DNA of 56,658 bases from Rickettsiales bacterium (GCA_965658435.1 CBFHSE010000004.1:1-56658), one strand, 5' to 3'; shown: positions 42,150 through 52,735, counted from the first letter of the stretch. Notes: generated from the letters alone by a model not told the origin. Program-made: numbers and translations.

Positions 42150-42282
42150 TAAAATTTTTTACTTAATATTCCCTTTTTTATTAGCGTGCACACCGAATAA
42201 TAAAGATAATTACAAGGAAATTCATAAACAAAAAATTAAACAAGAATTTAAAGATTTATATAAGGAATTAGATGAAAATTAA
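42142..42282 (+). CDS. 46-aa small lipoprotein (below ORF-track cutoff)
   Basis: MINKIFYLIFPFLLAC-TPNNKDNYKEIHKQKIKQEFKDLYKELDEN*; lipobox LLAC; overlaps both neighbours. Confidence 0.7.
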   Translation: MINKIFYLIFPFLLACTPNNKDNYKEIHKQKIKQEFKDLYKELDEN

Positions 42283-42466
42283 AAAAGCAAACTTACTATT
42301 TTTAATAGTGTTTTTTCTGCTTTCTAATTGCAGTTTTGGTAATAAAAATATTATTTTAACTTCAAATAACCAAGTTAAAACAAAATATTTTACAAATAAT
42401 AACCCTATAGAAAACAAATATTTTATTGATTCTAAATCTTTAATTGAAAATCTGATAATTAATTAG
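42272..42466 (+). CDS. Small putative lipoprotein
   Basis: Basic N-terminus, hydrophobic core, LSNC lipobox-like. Confidence 0.5.
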   Translation: MKIKKANLLFLIVFFLLSNCSFGNKNIILTSNNQVKTKYFTNNNPIENKYFIDSKSLIENLIIN

Positions 42467-43265
42467 ATTTATTAGCAAAATTCATAAAATTTTTAATTAT
42501 AAACATAGTTAATCTAACATTATGAACTCTAATATAATCACAATTATCATAAATTTTGGAGGCCATTATCGCGGTTAAGCTATCTCTATCTACTTCATTC
42601 ATTGGCTCAAATTCATTTAAAAATGATTTTCTGGAATGACCTACATAGATTTTATGGTCAATATCTTTAAATTCCTCCAGCCTACTCAATATCTCAAGAG
42701 ATTGCTTAGCATCTTTACCAAATCCAATTCCTACATCAAATATAATGTTATTCTTTTTAATCCCACAAGACATTAATAAATCTGATTTTTTAGCTAACCA
42801 TCCCTTTAAATTTTCAATAACATCTATAGCTTTAGGAAGTATAATGTTTTTATCTGCTGGTATGCCTAAATTGTGCGAAATAATAATTGGTAAATTAGCG
42901 TTGGCAACTATATTAATTATTTCAGGATCGCTCTCACAAGCTGAAACATCATTGATATAATCAACACCAAGTTCAATGGCTTTTTTAGCAGTTAAAGAGT
43001 TTCTAGTATCAATACTTACCTTCTTTTTTTTCCCATGAATTAATTTAATTAATTTAGGTAAAATATAATTAAGCCTATCCCATTCTTGCTTTTGTGAAAT
43101 TGCCTTAGCGTTTGGTCTTGTTGATTCAGCACCTATATCAATTATATCTGCTCCATCTGCAATTAAGGTGATAGCTTGAGTAAATGCAGAATCTATATTT
43201 ACATATCTTCCTCCATCTGAAAATGAATCAGGGGTAATGTTAAGTATTCCTACTATTTTTGCCAT
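42459..43265 (-). CDS. folP: Dihydropteroate synthase
   Basis: GILNITPDSFSDGG, IDIGAESTRP, DVGIGFGK, GHSRKSF, RVHNV. Confidence 0.96.
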   Translation of the reverse strand: MAKIVGILNITPDSFSDGGRYVNIDSAFTQAITLIADGADIIDIGAESTRPNAKAISQKQEWDRLNYILPKLIKLIHGKKKKVSIDTRNSLTAKKAIELGVDYINDVSACESDPEIINIVANANLPIIISHNLGIPADKNIILPKAIDVIENLKGWLAKKSDLLMSCGIKKNNIIFDVGIGFGKDAKQSLEILSRLEEFKDIDHKIYVGHSRKSFLNEFEPMNEVDRDSLTAIMASKIYDNCDYIRVHNVRLTMFIIKNFMNFANKSN

Positions 43266-43802
43266 TTAGGTTATATCGTCAATTTTATAATTAGTTTTTT
43301 TAATTTTATTTTTCATAATATCTACCTCTAGAATTATTTCTTCAAGTTTTTTTTGAAAAAATAATCCTTGCACAGGATAATTCCAGTCAGGATATATTTC
43401 TAATGCTGGTATGAGGGCAAAATCTCTTTTTAAAAATTCACTATGAGGAATGGTAAGTTCTTGTGAGCAAGTTACAACATCGCCAAATGCAAGTATATCA
43501 ATGTCAATTTCTCTAGGTGACCATATACCTCTATCCTTTCTACCAATGTTACTTTCTATAATTTTAATTTCTTTTAGAAGATCTTCAGGCTTTAAGGAGC
43601 ATAATCCAGTTATAGCAATATTTAAAAATTTTTTTTGCCAATCATCAGGTGCCCCGTTAGGAATTAAAGCTTCTGATTCATATATTGAAGATATTGTAAT
43701 ATTCGTAATTAATGAGCGTGACGTTAATAATTTAATTGCATTTTGCAAATAACAAATTCTATCACCTAGATTGGTACCTATTCCAAGAATAATTTTATGC
43801 AC
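43266..43802 (-). CDS. folK: 2-amino-4-hydroxy-6-hydroxymethyldihydropteridine diphosphokinase
   Basis: LGIGTNLGDR, WSPREIDIDIL, LTIPH. Confidence 0.96.
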   Translation of the reverse strand: MHKIILGIGTNLGDRICYLQNAIKLLTSRSLITNITISSIYESEALIPNGAPDDWQKKFLNIAITGLCSLKPEDLLKEIKIIESNIGRKDRGIWSPREIDIDILAFGDVVTCSQELTIPHSEFLKRDFALIPALEIYPDWNYPVQGLFFQKKLEEIILEVDIMKNKIKKTNYKIDDIT

Positions 43803-43872
43803 TTTATTTTTGCTTTTTTAATAATAATTTTGTAACCTTAATATATTGTTTATCTACAAATAGAAAGTTAAT

Positions 43873-44949
43873 ATGGCAAGTAATTCATTTGGTGATTTTT
43901 TTAAATATACAAGCTGGGGCGAAAGTCATGGAAAAGCAATAGGATGTGTCATTGATGGAGTGCCACCTCTAATCTCCATTAATAAGGATGATATACAGAA
44001 TTATTTAGATTTAAGAAAGCCAGGGCAATCAAAATTTACCACTCAAAGAAAAGAAAGTGATGAAATTGAAATTTTATCTGGTGTTTTTGAAGGTAAAACC
44101 ACTGGATCTCCTATATCGCTAATTATTTACAATCAAGACCAAAAATCAAAAGATTATAGTGATATAAAAGACAAATTTAGGCCAGGTCATGCAGATTATA
44201 CTTACCAAATGAAATATGGTATTAGAGATTACAGGGGTGGAGGAAGATCATCTGCAAGAGAGACAGCGATGCGCGTAGCAGCAGGAGCAATTGCAAGAAA
44301 AATTATCCCAGATAACATAGAAATTATGGCTTCTATAATAGAAATGGGAGAGGTGAAAATTAGCAAAGATAATTGGGACTATGAAACAATAATTAGCAAT
44401 CCATTTTTTATAGCAGATGAAAAAAAAATAAAGGAATGTGAAAAATATCTAAGCAAAATAAGAAAAGAAGGTAATTCAGTAGGTGCAAAAATTGAGTTAA
44501 GAATAATTAATGTTCCCACAGGTCTTGGTGATCCTATATATGATAAATTAGACAGTAAACTTGCAGCAGCAATTATGAGTATTAATGCAGTTAAATCAGT
44601 TGAAATTGGTGCTGGAGATAATGTTGCAAAAATTACCGGTTCTGAAAATGCAGATGAAATATTCATAAATAATAAGGAGGTAGAATTTCAAACTAATAAT
44701 GCTGGAGGAATTTTAGGAGGTATTTCATCAGGACAGGATATTATAATTCGTTTTGCTATAAAGCCTACTAGCTCAATATTAATTGCTAAAAAAACTATTA
44801 ATATGACTAAAGAAAATACAGAAATATTAACAAAGGGGAGACATGATCCATGCGTTGGAATTCGAGCTGTACCAGTTGCAGAAGCAATGGCTGCTTGTGT
44901 TTTAGCTGATTCTCATTTAAAAAATATAGCGTTAACTAGTAAAAGATGA
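43873..44949 (+). CDS. aroC: Chorismate synthase
   Basis: [31 protein letters not shown]. Confidence 0.98.
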   Translation: MASNSFGDFFKYTSWGESHGKAIGCVIDGVPPLISINKDDIQNYLDLRKPGQSKFTTQRKESDEIEILSGVFEGKTTGSPISLIIYNQDQKSKDYSDIKDKFRPGHADYTYQMKYGIRDYRGGGRSSARETAMRVAAGAIARKIIPDNIEIMASIIEMGEVKISKDNWDYETIISNPFFIADEKKIKECEKYLSKIRKEGNSVGAKIELRIINVPTGLGDPIYDKLDSKLAAAIMSINAVKSVEIGAGDNVAKITGSENADEIFINNKEVEFQTNNAGGILGGISSGQDIIIRFAIKPTSSILIAKKTINMTKENTEILTKGRHDPCVGIRAVPVAEAMAACVLADSHLKNIALTSKR

Positions 44950-45929
44950 ATAAATTAATATTATTATTTATAACTGCGATAATAACTGCTTGTACAACTA
45001 AAATAGAAAAAGGAGATGTACCAAAATGGTATTTATTACCTCCTCAAGATAATATAGAAAAGCTATATGGAGTTGGAGTAGGAAGTAAAGAGCAAGCTAT
45101 TAAGATTGCCCTAAATAATATTTCAGAAAAAATACTGGTTACAATATCTTCTGATTATTCCCAAAAGGTTACTGAGGCAAAAATTAACGAACTAAGTGAA
45201 TATGAATCAAGGGTAAATCAAGAAATAACAACTAACACATTGCCTATTGAATATAATGGTTATCACATTGAAAAAATAGAACGAAATTTAGATAATAACT
45301 ATTTATTATTAAGCGTAGACAGGCAAGATCTAGCTAACAAATATCTCTTAGATATAAAAAATCAACATAAAGAAATAGAGAATTTATATAACTCTAGCAA
45401 AAATATCTCGGCAATTAAAAAATTAATTGCTTTAAATAAAACTAAGCCTCTTATAGCAGAACAAAAATTAAAAATTAAAATCCTTAATAGTCTTACTAAA
45501 AATAATAATTCTACAGATAAATATATTGATTTTTATCAAGAAATAAAATTAAAAGAGGAGGAAAGCAAAAAAAAATCTATTATCCAAATTATAGCTAAAG
45601 CTTCAGACTCAAGAATTGCTAATGCCCTTAGTAATTCTCTTAACAAATCAGGTTTCAATGTTAAATATGATTCAACTCAAAGCTCCAACAATAATATTAT
45701 TTTAAGAATATCTACAAAGACATTACATAAAGAAATTTATGGATCACATGTAGTAAAAATAAATCTTAATTTAAAATTAATTGAGAATTTTGGCAAACAA
45801 ATCGCCGCAAATAATATAGAAATATCAGGTTCATCAAGGTTAAACTCTTCTGCAGCTATAGATTCAGCAATAAAAGATCTTAATAATAAAATTAGCGATA
45901 ATAACATATTTAAAATATTAGGAATATAA
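44946..45929 (+). CDS. LPP20-like lipoprotein, long form
   Basis: Lipobox ITAC; [24 protein letters not shown]. Confidence 0.75.
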   Translation: MNKLILLFITAIITACTTKIEKGDVPKWYLLPPQDNIEKLYGVGVGSKEQAIKIALNNISEKILVTISSDYSQKVTEAKINELSEYESRVNQEITTNTLPIEYNGYHIEKIERNLDNNYLLLSVDRQDLANKYLLDIKNQHKEIENLYNSSKNISAIKKLIALNKTKPLIAEQKLKIKILNSLTKNNNSTDKYIDFYQEIKLKEEESKKKSIIQIIAKASDSRIANALSNSLNKSGFNVKYDSTQSSNNNIILRISTKTLHKEIYGSHVVKINLNLKLIENFGKQIAANNIEISGSSRLNSSAAIDSAIKDLNNKISDNNIFKILGI

Positions 45930-45932
45930 AAT

Positions 45933-46958
45933 ATGCAAGTAAAATTATTAATATTATTAGGTTTTATAGCAATAATATCATGTACGCCAATTATCAAAGA
46001 TTTAGCTAAATATGATAGACAGCCAATCTTAAAATCTCAATTTGTTAATAAAGATGAGTTAAAAAAAAATATGGCATCAGTAGTTGTTTTGCCATTGAGT
46101 AGTAAAGTTCACAATAATAAAGCTAATAATGAATTAGGCCATTCAATAGCAGTAAATATAGAAAATATTCTAGCTGAAAATAAGTTAGCTAAATTACAAG
46201 ATCGTAAAGCTTTTAAAAAATTAGAAGAAGAGATAATTCTCTCAGAATTAACAGATACAGCAAAAAAATATAATGGTCCTTCCAAAGCGGACTTAGCAGT
46301 TTCAGGAGAAATTAGTGAGGCTTCATTTAGTCATCAATTTATTTCTGCTAAATATGTCTATGATAGTAGCTCATCTTTACCTTATAGAGTGCCGCCAAAA
46401 CACAAATATACGGCAAATTTTTCTGGAAACATCAAAATATATCAATTACCAGATTTAACAGTTAAAGAAATAATTCCTCTTAAAGCTGATACAACTATTT
46501 ATGAAGATGCTGTAGAAGAAAAATCATGGCTTATAAATAGAAAAGTTGATACTTCAACATTAAAAAAAGAAAATAACTCTTTAATTCAAGAAGCAGCATT
46601 TAAAGCTCTAAAAAAGAAACAGCATATTTTAAAAAACATTTTTTCAAATCACAGAAAATCATATATTATTGACAAAAGATATAACGGTAAAAAGCATATT
46701 TTTAAGATTTCTACAGGAAAAGACTTTCGTTTGAAGCATGGTCAAAAAGTTAAAATATTTCAAAAAACAGAAGTCATAAACCCCCTGACTGATGAGAAGC
46801 TAATAGAAACAAACCAGTTAGGAATAGGAGTTGTTAGTAATATTATTAATGACAAATCAGCATGGATAATAGTGAAGGAAAAAAATCTAGCAAATAAATT
46901 GAGGTTAGGAGATTTTGTCACGGTTATTTATCCTAGATCATTTGCCAGCTATTTGTAA
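45933..46958 (+). CDS. Lipoprotein with CsgG/HfaB-like core and FlgT-like C-terminal domain
   Basis: Lipobox IISC; VVVLP..LQDR..LEEEI..ADLAVSGEI; C-terminal G..GQKVKIF..INPLT..RLGD. Confidence 0.55.
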   Translation: MQVKLLILLGFIAIISCTPIIKDLAKYDRQPILKSQFVNKDELKKNMASVVVLPLSSKVHNNKANNELGHSIAVNIENILAENKLAKLQDRKAFKKLEEEIILSELTDTAKKYNGPSKADLAVSGEISEASFSHQFISAKYVYDSSSSLPYRVPPKHKYTANFSGNIKIYQLPDLTVKEIIPLKADTTIYEDAVEEKSWLINRKVDTSTLKKENNSLIQEAAFKALKKKQHILKNIFSNHRKSYIIDKRYNGKKHIFKISTGKDFRLKHGQKVKIFQKTEVINPLTDEKLIETNQLGIGVVSNIINDKSAWIIVKEKNLANKLRLGDFVTVIYPRSFASYL

Positions 46959-46960
46959 AA

Positions 46961-48055
46961 ATGATACTTTATAACTATCTCGCATTTAAATATTTTAAAT
47001 TATTTTCTTTAACTACAATAGTAATAACTATTCTTATTTTATTAATTGATTTTATAGAATTATTAAGAAGATTTGCCAAAAAAAATATAGATATAAGTAA
47101 AATATTTGAGGTTTCTTTATTAAAACAAATTCCAATTTTAGTTGAGATTTTGCCATTTGTAATTTTAATTTCAGCTATATTTTTTTTCACAAGACTTAGT
47201 AGTAATTCAGAAATTACCATAATTAAATCTTCCTCTTTAAATAGTAAAAAAATATTTGCATATCCGTTATTAATAATTTTATTAATTGCTCTTTCAGATA
47301 TTACAATCTTAAGAATTATTTCTAAAGAGACTAAAGAAAAATATGAACATATATTACAAAATGATTTTGGTGTATATAATAGCACACAAACAAAGCATTT
47401 ATGGTTCAAAGAAGAATCAAATCCCCCCTATTTTTTTGGGGCAAAAAAAATAGAATTCTTAGATCAAATTAATTTTAAAGACTTAATAATAATTAATCAT
47501 AAAGATCAGCAAAACAAGATCATTAAAGCAGATAAAGCAACTTTAGATAATAAATTAATAAAAATGTCAGGTGTCAAACTTATTAATTCAAACAATAATA
47601 TCGAAAATATCCAGCAGCTAAATATGCAAATGGAGATAGACCCCAATATTATAAAAGCAAGATTTAACAATGAAGCTATAAAAATAGAAAGTCACTATTC
47701 AGCTTATGAATTATTAAAAAAAATTAAACAGAATGATATTTATGGTAATGGAAAAATAAAATATAAAATATTATTAAATAATATGTTTGCTAAAATTCTT
47801 TATTATATTTTTCTATTTCTTCTTGCGGCCTATTTTTGTGTTTTTCCTCCACGCTATAGCAAAAAATTAATTAATATCATTGTGACAGTTACTCTGGCTT
47901 TCATAACATTTTTTATCTTAAATATATTATTCACATTAACATATGCAGGTAAAATAAATCTTTATTATGGAATATGGCTACCAAATATTATTTTATTATT
48001 AATAATTATAAATCTAAATTTACAAGCTGAATTAGGAAAGAAAATATGGAGTTAA
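46961..48055 (+). CDS. LptF/LptG family LPS export permease
   Basis: YL..YF, ILPFVILISA..LSSNSEITIIKSS, WLPNII; TM-periplasmic-TM layout. Confidence 0.85.
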   Translation: MILYNYLAFKYFKLFSLTTIVITILILLIDFIELLRRFAKKNIDISKIFEVSLLKQIPILVEILPFVILISAIFFFTRLSSNSEITIIKSSSLNSKKIFAYPLLIILLIALSDITILRIISKETKEKYEHILQNDFGVYNSTQTKHLWFKEESNPPYFFGAKKIEFLDQINFKDLIIINHKDQQNKIIKADKATLDNKLIKMSGVKLINSNNNIENIQQLNMQMEIDPNIIKARFNNEAIKIESHYSAYELLKKIKQNDIYGNGKIKYKILLNNMFAKILYYIFLFLLAAYFCVFPPRYSKKLINIIVTVTLAFITFFILNILFTLTYAGKINLYYGIWLPNIILLLIIINLNLQAELGKKIWS

Positions 48056-48879
48056 CAAAAAAGCAAAACCTAGCTACTAATTGGTTTAAAAATCTACGTG
48101 ATAATATTTGCTTAGAATTTGAAAAGATAGAAGAAGAGTTTTCTACAAAGAATGCTGGCAAATTCAGATATAAAAAATGGAATAGAGAAGGAGGAGGTGG
48201 TGGTGAAATGGGTATTATGTATGGTAATGTTTTTGAAAAAGTAGGGGTCAATATATCAACTGTTTATGGGAAATTTTCTGAAGAATTTAAAAATAAAATT
48301 CCAGGAACTGATAAATTGGCAAATTTTTGGGCAAGTGGGATATCTCTGGTTGCGCATATGAAATCACCTTTAGTACCTGCAATACATATGAATACAAGAT
48401 TCATTAATACAGAAAAAACATGGTTTGGAGGTGGAACAGATTTAAATCCTGCTATTGAAAACAAAATTGATACTAAAGATTTTCATTTTGCACTAAAAAA
48501 ATGCTGTGATAAATTTGATAAGAGTTATTATGAAAAATATAAAAAATGGTGTGATGAGTATTTTTATATCAAACATAGAAAACAAGCTAGAGGTGTTGGC
48601 GGGATATTTTATGATTATTTAGATAGTGGAGACTTTGAAAAAGATTTTGCCTTTACAAAATCTGTTGGTACGACTTTTTTAGATATTTTTCCAAAATTAG
48701 TTAGAAGAAATATGGGCAAAGAATATAATATACAGCAAAAAGAAATTCAGTTAATCAAACGAGGATTATATGCAGAATTTAATCTTATATATGATCGTGG
48801 CACAAAATTTGGTCTTATGACAGATGGTAACATAGAAGCAATTCTAATGTCGCTACCTCCAATAGCTAAGTGGCCATAA
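48046..48879 (+). CDS. hemF: Oxygen-dependent coproporphyrinogen III oxidase
   Basis: FEKVGVNIS, WFGGGTDL, RGVGGIFYD, EFNLIYDRGTKFGL, ILMSLPP. Confidence 0.97.
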   Translation: MELTKKQNLATNWFKNLRDNICLEFEKIEEEFSTKNAGKFRYKKWNREGGGGGEMGIMYGNVFEKVGVNISTVYGKFSEEFKNKIPGTDKLANFWASGISLVAHMKSPLVPAIHMNTRFINTEKTWFGGGTDLNPAIENKIDTKDFHFALKKCCDKFDKSYYEKYKKWCDEYFYIKHRKQARGVGGIFYDYLDSGDFEKDFAFTKSVGTTFLDIFPKLVRRNMGKEYNIQQKEIQLIKRGLYAEFNLIYDRGTKFGLMTDGNIEAILMSLPPIAKWP

Positions 48880-48949
48880 TTTATAATTTAAAATACTGTA
48901 CAATTTCTTATGATAATGATAATAAAACTACAAACCAGGTGATGTAGTT

Positions 48950-50239
48950 ATGAAAAATAATTATATAATTTTATTTTCATTATTTGCTATTTTTATTGTT
49001 TTTGGCCTCGATATTTCTTTTGTAAAAAAAGTTAAAGCCTCAAATGAGTTAAGTGATATTCCCGATATTAACTTAGAAGTAGAAAAAGTTAATAATGTCA
49101 AAAAAGATGAAATTACAGATCAAAATAATATAATTATTACTGATCAAGAAGAACAAGTGAAAATTGAACAAAAGAATAATAATTTTACAGTTGGTTCAGA
49201 ATTTTTTGAAAATGATCAAACAAATTTTTCTAATATAGATAATATTAAGGACAAAGAAATATTAGAAAAGAAAGAAGGACAGAATAATTTGGTCAATATA
49301 AATAATGATTCTAATCAAGATACAGCAGATAAGGAGTTAAATATCATATCTGATTCACAATCTAATGACCAAGAATTTGAACGTCTTGTATCAGAGGCTT
49401 TAGAGGAAGATGATGTTGATAAAAAACAAGATAAAGATCAAAAGAAAATTTTTAACAAGGCAGAAATAAAAGAGGAAACTGATATTAACCAATTAGATAA
49501 AGATGAATTTGATATAGAGATTATTGAAAAAATAATCCCTAAATCAGAACGGAAACAAATAATAAATAACAAAAAATTAGTTGGTAATAAAGAAGAAAAT
49601 TTACAAAAAGAAAACAAGATCGATAATATAACAAAATTAAGCCAAGAAGAAAATCAGGAGCAAATCCTATCTAGTAAAGCTCAGCAAATTTTAGCGATTG
49701 AGAGTAAAAAGAAATTCTCATTACCTTATTTAAGTCATACTAATCATCCTTTATTCTCGCCAGCTGAGTATAACCCAGAAAATCCTCATTTAAACCCTTT
49801 AATATATCAAGAAGAAATATATCAAATATTATATACAGCAATTATACAAAAAAATATTGATGTAATAGAAGCTGTTACTAAGAAGATAGGTGTTAATAAA
49901 GATATTGCAGTAAATGGTATGCCACCAATTGCTTTCGCAGTAAATGAAGGGGATATTCATATATTAAGCAAATTATTATCATTAGGATATTCGCCAAATA
50001 TTTATGATGATAATGGTAATAGTCCCTTACATATGGCAATTTTTAATGATAGGTCAGATATGATTGTTGAGTTAATAAGGTTTGGTGCAGATATTACAGC
50101 TGCAAATGCCGTTAAAATGAGGCCTCTCAACCTTGCTTACAATCTAGGTAGAGAAGATATAATATATATATTAGAAAAAATAGGAGCAAGAAATATAGGA
50201 GATTACAGATCTTTAAATAGTTTTATATTAGAAAACTAA
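48950..50239 (+). CDS. Exported ankyrin-repeat protein with long acidic low-complexity region
   Basis: N-terminal hydrophobic segment; D/E/K/N/Q-rich middle; GMPPIAFAV, GNSPLHMAI, RPLNLA repeats. Confidence 0.8.
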   Translation: MKNNYIILFSLFAIFIVFGLDISFVKKVKASNELSDIPDINLEVEKVNNVKKDEITDQNNIIITDQEEQVKIEQKNNNFTVGSEFFENDQTNFSNIDNIKDKEILEKKEGQNNLVNINNDSNQDTADKELNIISDSQSNDQEFERLVSEALEEDDVDKKQDKDQKKIFNKAEIKEETDINQLDKDEFDIEIIEKIIPKSERKQIINNKKLVGNKEENLQKENKIDNITKLSQEENQEQILSSKAQQILAIESKKKFSLPYLSHTNHPLFSPAEYNPENPHLNPLIYQEEIYQILYTAIIQKNIDVIEAVTKKIGVNKDIAVNGMPPIAFAVNEGDIHILSKLLSLGYSPNIYDDNGNSPLHMAIFNDRSDMIVELIRFGADITAANAVKMRPLNLAYNLGREDIIYILEKIGARNIGDYRSLNSFILEN

Positions 50240-50335
50240 AATAATATCTTATATATTTGGGTTACTAGGCTTTATATTATATTTAAAAATCCTAATTTAC
50301 TTAGTTAAATAAAAAAAGTCGCAAATATATGAGTT

Positions 50336-50794
50336 TTAACGCTTAGAAAATTGAAATGATTTTCTTGCTTTTTTGCGTCCATATTTTTTTCTCTCAACAG
50401 TTCTAGAGTCTCTTGTTAATAGACCAGATTTTCTAAGTAATGAACGAAAAGCTGTTTCATTGATTTCTGCTAAAGCTTTGCTTATAGCATGTCTTAATGC
50501 TTGTACTTGGCCACTAGGTCCTCCTCCTTTCACAGATGAATAAACATCATATTTATTTAATGAGTCTGTAATAGAAAAGGGTTGATTGGCTATCGCCTCT
50601 GCGCTTTCATCACTAAAATAATTTTTGAAATCTTTTTTATTAACAATTATTTTTCCTTTACCCTTTTCTAACCACACTCTGGCAATTGATGTTTTTCTTT
50701 TGCCTGTTGCATAGGCACGCCCATCTGATAATTTTTTCTTTTCTGGGGTTTGTTTTGTATCAGCTTGTTGTTGTACTTCTAAGTTAATTTCCAT
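50336..50794 (-). CDS. rpsI: 30S ribosomal protein S9
   Basis: ATGKRKTSIARV, LLTRDSRTVERKKYG..FSKR. Confidence 0.98.
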   Translation of the reverse strand: MEINLEVQQQADTKQTPEKKKLSDGRAYATGKRKTSIARVWLEKGKGKIIVNKKDFKNYFSDESAEAIANQPFSITDSLNKYDVYSSVKGGGPSGQVQALRHAISKALAEINETAFRSLLRKSGLLTRDSRTVERKKYGRKKARKSFQFSKR

Positions 50795-50803
50795 GATTAG
50801 AGG

Positions 50804-51256
50804 TTATTTGTTTTTTTTATTAAAATTTGCAAAATCTATTTTTTCAGGTTTTTGCGCTTCATGTGGGTGGTTTTCTCCTTCGTAAATATATAGATTAGAA
50901 AGCTGCTTTCTTCCTAAAGGTCCATTTGCTAACATACCTTTTACTGCTTTATAGAAAAGCTTTTCCGGGCTTTTTTCAAGTAACTTTTTAGCACTGATAT
51001 CTTTAATACCACCTGGATATCCAGTATGCCAATAATAAATTTTATCGGTAAGTTTTTTACCTTTTAGTTGAATTTTTGCTGCATTAATAACAATTAAATT
51101 GTCACCGCAATCAAGAAAAGGTGTATAATCTGCTTTGTTTTTACCTTTTAATATTAGTGCAACATAAGAGGCTGCCCTTCCAAGAACAACATCTTGTAGA
51201 TCAACTATATACCATTTTTTATTTAAATCTGCTAACTTAGTGAATGTTGTAGCCAT
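50804..51256 (-). CDS. rplM: 50S ribosomal protein L13
   Basis: WYIVD..LGRAAS, YTPFLDCGD, HTGYPGGIK. Confidence 0.98.
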   Translation of the reverse strand: MATTFTKLADLNKKWYIVDLQDVVLGRAASYVALILKGKNKADYTPFLDCGDNLIVINAAKIQLKGKKLTDKIYYWHTGYPGGIKDISAKKLLEKSPEKLFYKAVKGMLANGPLGRKQLSNLYIYEGENHPHEAQKPEKIDFANFNKKNK

Positions 51257-51365
51257 TATTTACTATTTTAAAAATTGCAAGATGCGGATTATAGGTGGAT
51301 AAAAATTAATAAGCAACTAAAAAAAGTTGTTCACATTTAAGATTTTTTGGTTAAAAACTATATCT

Positions 51366-51512
51366 ATGTTAAAAAAAATATCTCTATTATTTTCTATTAT
51401 TATTTTAGTATCATGTTCTGGTGGTAAAGAAGAAAATCTCAAAAGCCCATGTGTTGGAGTTGAAAAAAGTCCATGTGGCCCAAAAAAACCAGTTAACTCT
51501 TGGATATCTTAA
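51366..51512 (+). CDS. Small Cys-containing lipoprotein, DUF2706/VirB7-like
   Basis: ATG 51366; lipobox LVSC; KSPCV....SPC....PVN. Confidence 0.65.
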   Translation: MLKKISLLFSIIILVSCSGGKEENLKSPCVGVEKSPCGPKKPVNSWIS

Positions 51513-51521
51513 AATCAACAC

Positions 51522-52076
51522 ATGAATATTGGCATACTTGGAGGTTCTTTTAATCCATGTCATAACGGGCATATTTATATTTCAAAAAATGCCATAAAAG
51601 AATTAAAGCTTGATGAAATTTGGTGGGTGATAACCCCTTTAAATCCTTTGAAGAAAAAAACTGATCTAGCTAGCGTAAAAAATAGAGTTTTAAATGCTAA
51701 AAAAATTCAAAAGCCAGATTTCATAAAAGTAAAATTATTTGAAAAGCAAAACGAACAGAATTATTCAATCGATTTAATTAGAAATATTAAAGAAAAAAAC
51801 AATTCTGATAGGTTTATTTGGTTGATGGGAGCTGATAATCTTGTAAATTTTGCTAGATGGAAATCATATCAAGATATTATAAAAGAAATTAATATAGCTG
51901 TTTTTCCAAGAGAAAATTATTTAGAAAAAGAAAATATTCTGAATAGAGATTACAATAATTACTTTTTAGAATCTAAATTTGCCTCTTTACTAAAAGATAA
52001 AAATCCACCATATTGGACAATAATTAAAATGGATAAAATAGATATCTCTGCAACTGAAATTAGAAATAAAAAATGA
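51522..52076 (+). CDS. nadD: Nicotinate-nucleotide adenylyltransferase
   Basis: GGSFNPCHNGH, WLMGADNL, ISATEIR. Confidence 0.93.
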   Translation: MNIGILGGSFNPCHNGHIYISKNAIKELKLDEIWWVITPLNPLKKKTDLASVKNRVLNAKKIQKPDFIKVKLFEKQNEQNYSIDLIRNIKEKNNSDRFIWLMGADNLVNFARWKSYQDIIKEINIAVFPRENYLEKENILNRDYNNYFLESKFASLLKDKNPPYWTIIKMDKIDISATEIRNKK

Positions 52077-52735
52077 TAAGCACAATAGACATAATCTCTT
52101 TAATTGTTTTTTTTAGCTGTTGGTTTGGTTACTCAATATTAATTTCATTAAAGGAAAAAGATTCTGCCAGTCTTTTTAGTATTATGTATAAGCATAGGTT
52201 AAAATGGATGACAGAAGCTTTAAAAAGAGAGGATAAATCTGTAGATGTAATAACTCTTGGAAATTTAATGAAATCAGTAAGTTTTTTTGCTTCAACTTCA
52301 ATATTAATCATAGCAGGGTTGATACCATTATTTGGTTATGGAGAAAAAATTAATAATTTTGCAGGAAAGCTCCCCTTTGTAATTAGCTCGACCTCTCCTA
52401 TGTATGAAATAAAAATAATTCTATTAATTAATATATTTATTTACGCATTTTTTAAATATACTTGGGCTTTACGCCAATATAATTATGCCTCTGTGCTAAT
52501 TTTAGCCTCTAATAAAGAGCAGTCTAATAATGAAGAATTAGCAATTAGAAATGCCCAGATTCTTGCTAATGCTGCCAAACATTTTTCAATGGGGGTAAGG
52601 GGTTATTATCTTGGTATTGCTGTTTTAAGTTGGTTCTTAAATCCTTATCTCTTTATTGCAGTGTCAATATTAATTATGTTTGTAAATTACCGCAGAGAGT
52701 TCCTATCAAAAGCCCTTGATATAATAAAGCTATAA
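52073..52735 (+). CDS. DUF599-family membrane protein
   Basis: R..WM, SFFASTSILI, YAFFKYTWALRQYNY, F..G.RGYY. Confidence 0.85.
   Translation: MISTIDIISLIVFFSCWFGYSILISLKEKDSASLFSIMYKHRLKWMTEALKREDKSVDVITLGNLMKSVSFFASTSILIIAGLIPLFGYGEKINNFAGKLPFVISSTSPMYEIKIILLINIFIYAFFKYTWALRQYNYASVLILASNKEQSNNEELAIRNAQILANAAKHFSMGVRGYYLGIAVLSWFLNPYLFIAVSILIMFVNYRREFLSKALDIIKL

Noticed and set aside
51327-51365. N-terminal 13 codons of the called 61-aa ORF
   Set aside because: TTG start overlapping probable promoter DNA; the ATG at 51366 gives a normal-length lipoprotein signal peptide
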